A stretch of 64,000 nt of DNA from an uncultured Candidatus Entotheonella sp. (lineage in GTDB: Bacteria; Tectomicrobia; Entotheonellia; Entotheonellales; Entotheonellaceae), in contig CBDCDA010000001.1 in NCBI GenBank assembly GCA_965215335.1, positions 1,568,001-1,632,000 on the forward strand. The letters are read 5' to 3'. This document shows, piece after piece, positions 57,203 to 64,000 of the stretch (the first letter of the stretch is position 1; every line of letters begins with the position of its first letter). The position numbers and the translations under genes were made by a program. Below the pieces are notes generated by a model, which did no database searches, was not told the origin of the DNA, and saw only the letters and a program-made list of their open reading frames with translations.

Positions 57203-58018
57203 TCAGTCCGCCAGCAGTTCGCCGTGCCTGGCAATGAGCGCCTCGGCGCGGGCTACGTCCTCGGGGCTGTCCACGCCGGACATGGCGGCGCGGCCTTGGT
57301 AGTCAACCGCCACGACGCGGATGCCGTGGCCGTGCTCCAAAACGCGAAGCTGTTCCAATCCCTCGAGCTGTTCGTAGTGCCCGGCCGGCAGCGTGACGTA
57401 GGTTTCCAGCATCTTGCGGGTGTAGCCGTAAAGCCCGACGTGCCGGCGCACCGGAGACAAACCGCCTTGCCGGCGCAGCGCCACCTCATTCCGCATGGCC
57501 GGGATGATTTGCTTGGAAAACCAGCGCGCGTTGCCATTCGAGTCGACCACCACGCAGGTACCGCTGAATGGTGTCTCGGTCTTCTGGACTCGCAGTCGGT
57601 CCAACTCCGGCCAACTCAGCCGCACCGCGGGCGTGACCGCCTCGATTGACGGATCGGCCTCGAAAGCCCGTAACATGGCGGTAATGAAGTCGGGCGGCGT
57701 CAGCGGCGCGTCGCCCTGCAGATTGACGACCACGTCGTACGCGCGCGGCAGTTGCCCGAGGGCCGCCAGGGCGCGGTCCGTGCCGCTGGGGCAGGACGCC
57801 GGCGTCATCACCCACGGCGCTCCAATTTCGTCGCAATGCGCGCCGATACGGGCGTCGTCCGTCGCCACCACGACGTCGAGGCCGCCGTGGTTCTGCGCCG
57901 CGGAGCGCGCGACAGCGTATACCCGCGACAGCATGGTTTGCCCGGCTATGCGCGCGAGCGGCTTACCCGGCAGGCGGGTCGACCCGTAGCGGGCGGGAAT
58001 GATCAGAATGGCTCGCAT
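57203..58018 (-). CDS. kdsB: 3-deoxy-manno-octulosonate cytidylyltransferase
   Basis: IPARYGSTRLPGKPL, VATDD, SGTDR, NLQGD, HVGLYGY, EGLEQLRVLE, GVDSPED. Confidence 0.93.
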   Translation of the reverse strand: MRAILIIPARYGSTRLPGKPLARIAGQTMLSRVYAVARSAAQNHGGLDVVVATDDARIGAHCDEIGAPWVMTPASCPSGTDRALAALGQLPRAYDVVVNLQGDAPLTPPDFITAMLRAFEADPSIEAVTPAVRLSWPELDRLRVQKTETPFSGTCVVVDSNGNARWFSKQIIPAMRNEVALRRQGGLSPVRRHVGLYGYTRKMLETYVTLPAGHYEQLEGLEQLRVLEHGHGIRVVAVDYQGRAAMSGVDSPEDVARAEALIARHGELLAD

Positions 58019-58131
58019 GCGCGAGTTCCTTCGGGCAGTGAGAAGCGGGCGCGGCCCGTTGTCTGGCGGGGCAGATATGCTACCATAACAGCTCCATCCG
58101 CAGCGCGTTCCGGATCGATAAGAGGCAAAAC

Positions 58132-59841
58132 ATGACAGAGGCCACGGGCAAGGGAAACGACACCGGCGCCAACGCGGCACCGGCGCATTTCATTCGCGAG
58201 ATTATCGCCGCCGACCTGCGGTCGGGCAAGCACGATGGGCGCGTCGTCACCCGCTTCCCGCCGGAGCCGAACGGCTACCTGCACATCGGACACGCCAAGT
58301 CCATCTGCCTCAATTTCGGCCTCGCGGCCGAGAACGATGGCGTCTGCCACCTGCGCTTCGACGACACCAATCCCAGCAAGGAAGACGTCGAATACGTCGA
58401 GGCCATCAAGGCCGACGTGCGCTGGCTGGGGTTCGACTGGGGCGACCGGCTGTTCTACGCCTCCGATTATTTTGCCAGGCTTTACGACTACGCCGTGGAG
58501 CTCATCCAGGCCGGCAGGGCGTACGTGTGCGATCTCGGCGCCGACGAGGCGCGCGCCTATCGCGGCACCCTGACGGAGCCCGGCAGGGAAAGCCCGTACC
58601 GGTCGCGCTCTGTAGCGGAAAACCTGGACCTGTTCACGCGCATGAGGGCGGGCGAGTTTCCCGACGGCTCGCGGGTGCTGCGCGCCAGGATCGACATGGC
58701 TTCCGGCAACGTCAACATGCGCGACCCGACGCTCTACCGCATCCGGCGCGTGCCCCACCACCGCACGGGTGACACTTGGTGCATCTACCCCATGTACGAC
58801 TTCACCCACGGCCTGTGCGACGCCCTGGAGGGCATCACGCACTCCGTCTGCACCCTGGAGTTCGAGGACCACCGGCCCCTGTACGACTGGTTCCTGGACG
58901 CCCTCGAGACGCCGTGCCACCCGCAGCAGATCGAGTTCGCGCGCCTCAGTCTCAGCCATACGGTGATGAGCAAGAGAAAGCTCCTGAGCCTGGTGGAGCG
59001 CGGCCGGGTGAGCGGCTGGGACGACCCGCGCATGCCGACCCTGTCCGGCCTGCGGCGCCGCGGCTACACGCCGGCGGCCATCCGTGCCTTCTGCGAACGC
59101 ATCGGCGTGGCCAAGCGCGACAGCACGGTGGCTATCGCCCTGCTCGAATACTGCATCCGTGAGGACCTGAACCGCCGGGCGCCGCGCGTCATGGCGGTGT
59201 TGCGGCCGCTGCGGCTGGTCATCGACAACTATCCCGAGGACAAAGCGGAAGAACTGGAGGCGGTCAACAACCCCGAGGACGCCTCGATGGGCACGCGCGC
59301 GGTGCCGTTTTCCAAGGTGTTGTATATCGAGCGCGAGGATTTCCGCGAGGCGCCGCCGAAGAAGTATTTCCGCCTTGCACCCGGGCGCGAGGTGCGGCTG
59401 CGGTACGCTTACTACGTGACCTGCGTGGGCGTGGTGAAGGACGAACAGGGCGAGGTGGTGGAAGTCCACTGCACCTACGATCCGGCCACGCGCGGCGGCG
59501 GCTCGCCGGACGGCCGCCGGGTCAAGGCCACGCTGCACTGGGTGTCGGCGGCGCACGCGATTCCCGCCGAGGTGCGGCTGTACGACCATCTCTTCGCCCA
59601 GGCCGACCCGGACGACGTGCCGGAAGGCCAGGATTTCACCGCCGCGTTGAATCCCCATTCCCTGGAAACATTGACGTCGTGCCAGGTCGAGCCCGGCCTG
59701 GCCGGGGCAAAGGCTGGCAGCCGCTACCAGTTCGAGCGCCAGGGCTATTTTTGCGCCGACGCCGACACAACCCCGGACCGCCTGGTCTTCAACCGCACCG
59801 TGCCGCTGCGCGATACCTGGGCGAAGATCGCCAAACAATAA
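58132..59841 (+). CDS. glnS: Glutamine--tRNA ligase
   Basis: [52 protein letters not shown]. Confidence 0.97.
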   Translation: MTEATGKGNDTGANAAPAHFIREIIAADLRSGKHDGRVVTRFPPEPNGYLHIGHAKSICLNFGLAAENDGVCHLRFDDTNPSKEDVEYVEAIKADVRWLGFDWGDRLFYASDYFARLYDYAVELIQAGRAYVCDLGADEARAYRGTLTEPGRESPYRSRSVAENLDLFTRMRAGEFPDGSRVLRARIDMASGNVNMRDPTLYRIRRVPHHRTGDTWCIYPMYDFTHGLCDALEGITHSVCTLEFEDHRPLYDWFLDALETPCHPQQIEFARLSLSHTVMSKRKLLSLVERGRVSGWDDPRMPTLSGLRRRGYTPAAIRAFCERIGVAKRDSTVAIALLEYCIREDLNRRAPRVMAVLRPLRLVIDNYPEDKAEELEAVNNPEDASMGTRAVPFSKVLYIEREDFREAPPKKYFRLAPGREVRLRYAYYVTCVGVVKDEQGEVVEVHCTYDPATRGGGSPDGRRVKATLHWVSAAHAIPAEVRLYDHLFAQADPDDVPEGQDFTAALNPHSLETLTSCQVEPGLAGAKAGSRYQFERQGYFCADADTTPDRLVFNRTVPLRDTWAKIAKQ

Positions 59842-59862
59842 GCCGTGATTGAGGAGTCATTC

Positions 59863-61317
59863 ATGACGCAATCGCAGGTGCGTGTCCGCATCGCGCCAAG
59901 CCCGACTGGCGCGCCGCACGTGGGCACCGCCTACATCGGGTTGTTCAATGTCGTGTTTGCGCGCGTTTGCGGCGGGCGGTGCGTCATTCGCATCGAGGAC
60001 ACCGATCAGGCGCGCTCCGAACGGCGCTACGAAGAAGGCATCCTGCGCTCCCTGCGCTGGGTCGGCCTGTCGTGGGACGAGGGCCCGGACGTGGGCGGCG
60101 CCTACGGCCCCTACCGGCAGTCGGAACGTCTGGACCTCTACCGCGAGCACGTGCAACAGCTGCTCGGCAACGGCGCGGCGTACCGTTGCTGGTGCACGCC
60201 GGAACGTCTGGAGGCGGTGCGCCAGCAGCAGCGGCAGGACAAGGCCCCGCTGCGTTATGACGGGCATTGCCGGCGCCTCACTGGAGCCGAGACCAAGGCA
60301 CGCGGCGACCAGCCGTCGGTGGTGCGCCTCAGGGTGTCGGAGGACGGCAGCACCGTGGTGCACGACGCGTTTCGCGACCCGATCACCATCGAGCACGGGC
60401 AGATCGACGACCAGGTGCTGCTCAAATCCGACGGCCATCCCACCTATCATCTAGCCAACGTGGTGGACGACCACGCCATGGAAATTTCGCACGTCATCCG
60501 CGCCGAGGAGTGGATTTCCTCGACCCCCAAGCATCTCATGCTGTACCAGGCGTTCGGTTGGGAGCCGCCGGTGTTCATGCACATGCCGCTGCTGCGCAAC
60601 GCCGACCGCAGCAAGATCAGCAAGCGCAAGAACCCGGTGTCGCTGCGCTACTACGAACGCCAGGGCTACCTGCCCGAGGCGCTGCTCAATTTCCTGGCGC
60701 TGATGGGGTGGTCGATGCCCGGCGGGCGCGAGGTCTTCACGCTGGACGAGATGATCGAGTCGTTTTCGTTCGAACGCATCAACCTGGGCGGCCCCGTTTT
60801 CGACCTGCAAAAGCTGGAATGGCTGAACGGCATGTATATCCGTCAGCTCTCGCCCGCGGCCCTGTCGCAGCGGCTGTTGGAAAGCGCGCGAGCGAAGTCC
60901 CGGCTGCTGGACGACAGCGCCTATGTAGACGCCATCACGCCACTGTTGCAGGAACGCTTGCGCACGCTGGGCGATTTTCAGGACATGGCAGCGTTCTTCT
61001 ACGACATGCCGCTGGCCTACGACAAGGCGCTGTTGCTGCCCAAGGGCAGGAGCCCGCGCGAGGCCGTCAAGATGCTTACGGAAATGACCGCGGTGCTCGT
61101 GCGGCACGCCGGCCTCTGGCAGGGCGCAGAACTGGAGGCCAGCACGCGCGCGTACGCCGAGGGCGCCAAATGGCCGGGCCGCGACCTGTTCATGACCCTG
61201 CGGGTCGCGGTAACCGGTCGCACTGCCTCCCCACCCCTGTTCGCCACCATGCAGGTTCTGGGCAAAGACCTTTGCCTGTCCCGACTCGAAGACGCCGTGG
61301 CTCTGCTGCAAAAATAG
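59863..61317 (+). CDS. gltX: Glutamate--tRNA ligase
   Basis: RIAPSPTG-HVGT, RIEDTD, PYRQSER, PTYHLANVVDD, KISKR, LRVAVTG. Confidence 0.97.
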   Translation: MTQSQVRVRIAPSPTGAPHVGTAYIGLFNVVFARVCGGRCVIRIEDTDQARSERRYEEGILRSLRWVGLSWDEGPDVGGAYGPYRQSERLDLYREHVQQLLGNGAAYRCWCTPERLEAVRQQQRQDKAPLRYDGHCRRLTGAETKARGDQPSVVRLRVSEDGSTVVHDAFRDPITIEHGQIDDQVLLKSDGHPTYHLANVVDDHAMEISHVIRAEEWISSTPKHLMLYQAFGWEPPVFMHMPLLRNADRSKISKRKNPVSLRYYERQGYLPEALLNFLALMGWSMPGGREVFTLDEMIESFSFERINLGGPVFDLQKLEWLNGMYIRQLSPAALSQRLLESARAKSRLLDDSAYVDAITPLLQERLRTLGDFQDMAAFFYDMPLAYDKALLLPKGRSPREAVKMLTEMTAVLVRHAGLWQGAELEASTRAYAEGAKWPGRDLFMTLRVAVTGRTASPPLFATMQVLGKDLCLSRLEDAVALLQK

Positions 61318-61334
61318 GGACCGGAAGAGCAGGC

Positions 61335-62249
61335 ATGAACACCACCTTCGACATCACCTTTCTCGGCACCTCCGCCGCCATTCCCACCGTGAAGCGCAAC
61401 GTCTCCGCGACCTTGGTGACGCACCGGGATTTGAAGTGGCTCATCGACTGCGGCGAGGGCACGCAGCGGCAGATCACGCGAGCGGGCAACGGCTTCAAGA
61501 ACCTCACGCACGTCTTCCTGAGCCACGAACACCTGGACCACATCCTCGGCATGGGCGGATTGCTGGCCACATTCAACATGCTGCAGCCGGTCAAGCGGCT
61601 GGCGGTATACGGCAGTCCCGCGGCCCTCGACCGAGGGCGCCAGATGGCCGGCTTCATTGGCCGCTCGCTGCAGTACGACCTGCAATGGCACGAGATCGAC
61701 GAGGGGCTGATCTGCACACATCGTCAGCTTGACTGTTACGCCTTCGCAACGCAGCACCGGATCAAGCGGTCTTACGGTTTTGTGTTCCAGGAGAAACCCC
61801 GTCGCCGGTTTCAGGCTGAAGCGGCCGAGCGTCTCGGCATCCCTCCCGGTCCGGAACGGCGCCGGTTGCTCGCCGGCGAGAGCCTGCACGGCACCGACGG
61901 ACGGATCGTGCGGCCCGACGACGTGCTGGGGCCGCAGGAGCCCGGCAAGAAACTCGTTTACGTCAGCGATTCGATGTATTTCGAGGGGCTGAAAAAGGTG
62001 GCGGCCGGTGCCCATTGTCTGATTAGCGAGGCCACCTTTTTGCAGGCTGACGCGGAACTGGCCGCCGAGGTCGGACACATGACCGCGGCGCAGGCCGCCA
62101 GCGTGGCGCGCGACGCCGGCGTGGAGGCATTGTACTTGAATCATCTGTCTCAGCGGTACGCGCAGGCCGAGCACCTGTTCCTCGAAGAGGCGCGGCGGAT
62201 TTTCCCGAACACGCATCTCGCCAATGATCTGGAGAGCATCACGGTGTAG
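61335..62249 (+). CDS. rnz: Ribonuclease Z
   Basis: FLGTSAAIPT, DCGEGTQ, SHEHLDH, GIPPGP exosite, EATF, GHMT, NHLSQRY. Confidence 0.93.
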   Translation: MNTTFDITFLGTSAAIPTVKRNVSATLVTHRDLKWLIDCGEGTQRQITRAGNGFKNLTHVFLSHEHLDHILGMGGLLATFNMLQPVKRLAVYGSPAALDRGRQMAGFIGRSLQYDLQWHEIDEGLICTHRQLDCYAFATQHRIKRSYGFVFQEKPRRRFQAEAAERLGIPPGPERRRLLAGESLHGTDGRIVRPDDVLGPQEPGKKLVYVSDSMYFEGLKKVAAGAHCLISEATFLQADAELAAEVGHMTAAQAASVARDAGVEALYLNHLSQRYAQAEHLFLEEARRIFPNTHLANDLESITV

Positions 62250-62302
62250 GCCAAGCAGGTCGGATCAGCCGCAGACAATGCCCCATCTGATGCGGAAATG
62301 CT

Positions 62303-62989
62303 CTAATCGCCGTCCTGCGAGGCGCCGTTTGACGCGGGGACCAGTTGCTTGATCTTCTGCCAGGCGGGGAAGTCGGATTTCAGCCACAGGCTGCCGACTT
62401 GCGGCACGAAGTTGAAGGCTTTGACGCGTACCCAGTCGCCGTGCAATTCCAGCACCGACAGGGCGCCATTGTCCAGATTGAGGCGTCGGTAGTCGTTGAA
62501 CGGCATGTTGAGGTAATGCGCCATCGTGGTGCGGATCACGTCGCCGTGCGACACGACGGCGACGACCCCCTGCGGATACCGGCGGCGGGCTGCTTCGACC
62601 GCGTCGACGCCGCGCCGTTGCACGTTGGGCAGGCTTTCCCCGTTGGGAAAGACGGCGTTAACCGGATCGTGGAACACGGCGTGCGCCGCCGGGTGGGCGC
62701 GCTGGGTTTGGAAAAACGAACCCTCCCAGTCACCGTAATCCACCTCGTGCAGGCTGGGCACCTCCTCGATGGACTTGCCCAGCCGCTGCGCAATGACCTC
62801 TGCGGTTTGACGGGCACGGGCCACCGGGCTCGACAGCAGGTGGGTCACTCCGAGCGGCACCAGCACCTCGGCGGCCAGGCGGGCCTGCTCCTGTCCGTGC
62901 GTGTTCAGTGGCACCGTGCCCTGGCCGGAAATTTTGCCGCTGACGTTTTCGTCCGTTTGACCGTGCCGAATCAGTATCACCAACGCCAT
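62303..62989 (-). CDS. Histidine phosphatase family protein
   Basis: IRHGQT, SSPVARARQTA, EVDYGDWEG, VSHGDVI. Confidence 0.9.
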   Translation of the reverse strand: MALVILIRHGQTDENVSGKISGQGTVPLNTHGQEQARLAAEVLVPLGVTHLLSSPVARARQTAEVIAQRLGKSIEEVPSLHEVDYGDWEGSFFQTQRAHPAAHAVFHDPVNAVFPNGESLPNVQRRGVDAVEAARRRYPQGVVAVVSHGDVIRTTMAHYLNMPFNDYRRLNLDNGALSVLELHGDWVRVKAFNFVPQVGSLWLKSDFPAWQKIKQLVPASNGASQDGD

Positions 62990-63042
62990 GCGCCCTTCGT
63001 CCTCCTGTCAGTATAGGTAGCGGGGCCGGTCGTGTCTCACTT

Positions 63043-63081
63043 CCCCCTCACCCCAACCCTCTTCCCCGCGAGAAGGAGGGG
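63043..63081. repeat. Palindromic element copy 4 (intergenic)
   Basis: CCCCCTCACCCCAACCCTCTTCCCCGCGAGAAGGAGGGG; shares CCCCAACCCTCT with copy 3. Confidence 0.7.
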
Positions 63082-63104
63082 CCCGCAAGGAGGCCAAACC
63101 AACG

Positions 63105-64000
63105 ATGCCGATGCCTTTGGAAGGTATTACCGTTCTCGACTTTACGAGCTACATTGCCGGACCGTTCTGCCCCGTCATGCTGGCCGACATGGGCGCCGAC
63201 GTCATCAAGATCGAAGCCCACGGCGGCGACCCGACGCGCGCCTTTCCATCTTCCATGCCCAACGGCAGCCGGCTGTTCGAGGGCGTGAACCGTAACAAGC
63301 GGGGGCTGCGGCTCGATCTCAAACAACCCGCGGGCCGCGAGGTCGTGTATCGCCTGGTGCGCCAGGCAGACGTCGTTGTCGAGAATTTCCGTCCGGGCAC
63401 CGCAGCGCGGCTGCAGATCGGCTATGACGACTTGCGACAACGGCAGCCGAAGCTCATCTACTGTGGCATTTCGGGCTATGGGACCAACGGGCCGCTGTCC
63501 GGCAAGCCCGGTTTCGACCAGGTGTTGCAAACGATGACCGGCATCGCCGCAGCGCAGGGGCGTTCCCTGGGACGCCCGATGCTCGTCGGCGGCTCCATCG
63601 TCGATTTCTTTGCCGCCATGCTCGCCACCTACGGCATCATGCTGGCCCTGTTCGTACGCGAACGCACCGGCGAGGGGCAACGGGTCGACACGTCGCTGCT
63701 GGCCGCGGCGCTATCCATGCAGGCCGGCCGCTTCGTGGCCAGCGAGCACGAGCCGCCCGACAACGAGCGTGACCTGGACACCGGCATTTCCGGCCTGTAT
63801 GCCTGCCAAGAAGGCCACCTGTACATCTCGGCCCACGTCCAGAAATTCTGGCTGGCCCTGTGCGACGCCGTCGGGTTGCCCGAGCTGGCTGCCGACCCGC
63901 GCTACGACACCATGCGCAAGCGCAGCACCCATGCCCAGGAACTGCGGGAGCGGCTGGAGGCCGCGTTCCAGACCAAGAACGCCGACGACTGGGCCGCGAA
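63105..64000 (+). CDS. CaiB/BaiF family III CoA-transferase (partial, runs off window end)
   Basis: Manual translation MPMPLEGITVLDFTSYIAGPFCPVMLADMGADVIKIE...NRNKRG...VVENFRPG...ISGYGTNGP...PGFD; AGGAGG RBS. Confidence 0.93.
   Translation, partial: MPMPLEGITVLDFTSYIAGPFCPVMLADMGADVIKIEAHGGDPTRAFPSSMPNGSRLFEGVNRNKRGLRLDLKQPAGREVVYRLVRQADVVVENFRPGTAARLQIGYDDLRQRQPKLIYCGISGYGTNGPLSGKPGFDQVLQTMTGIAAAQGRSLGRPMLVGGSIVDFFAAMLATYGIMLALFVRERTGEGQRVDTSLLAAALSMQAGRFVASEHEPPDNERDLDTGISGLYACQEGHLYISAHVQKFWLALCDAVGLPELAADPRYDTMRKRSTHAQELRERLEAAFQTKNADDWAA

Noticed and set aside
58132..61317. Adjacent glnS and gltX as a novelty
   Set aside because: Both are canonical and their co-location is not unusual.
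60267..61334. Apparent large N-terminal fusion on RNase Z (660-aa ORF)
   Set aside because: Out-of-frame overlap with gltX; the real start is ATG 61335.

Overview
GC-rich bacterial chromosomal window from a diderm organism (KdsB, TonB-family protein, outer-membrane DUF1302). The repertoire suggests a Tectomicrobia/Deltaproteobacteria-like lineage, but that is inference only. It is mostly housekeeping and metabolic genes: hemE-hemH-hemY, a 3-subunit acyl-CoA carboxylase, larB/larC plus a distant larA, gpsA, glnB, purD/purH, hrcA-prmA-rsmE, holB, zapB-zapA-5-FTHF cyclo-ligase, tRNA-Val-infC-rpmI-rplT, long-form ispG, uup, tatA, rnd, glycerate kinase, phosphohexomutase, hslO, kdsB, glnS-gltX-rnz. 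The main accessory block is a DUF1302-DUF1329-YCF48-like-RND/MMPL cluster followed directly by a cytochrome P450. Reading the DNA directly shows more: (i) a family of ~30-bp palindromic elements, three lying in-frame inside hemH and ispG; (ii) a 133-bp ISAs1-type MITE with perfect 17-bp TIRs and a 10-bp target duplication, plus a second related end; (iii) a decayed IS5-family element; (iv) several genes collapsed by internal deletions and frameshifts (glpK, metE-like, rmuC-like, a small membrane protein, a possible DUF499 scrap); (v) unusual protein variants, namely a ferrochelatase with a 4-Cys N-terminal insert, a LarC with an eroded N-terminal domain, LarA coupled to an N-formylglutamate amidohydrolase-like gene, KdsB followed by a histidine phosphatase, and a cryptic kinase-fold protein. 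No CRISPR array, rRNA or prophage was seen. All product calls come from motif recognition by eye, not database searches.
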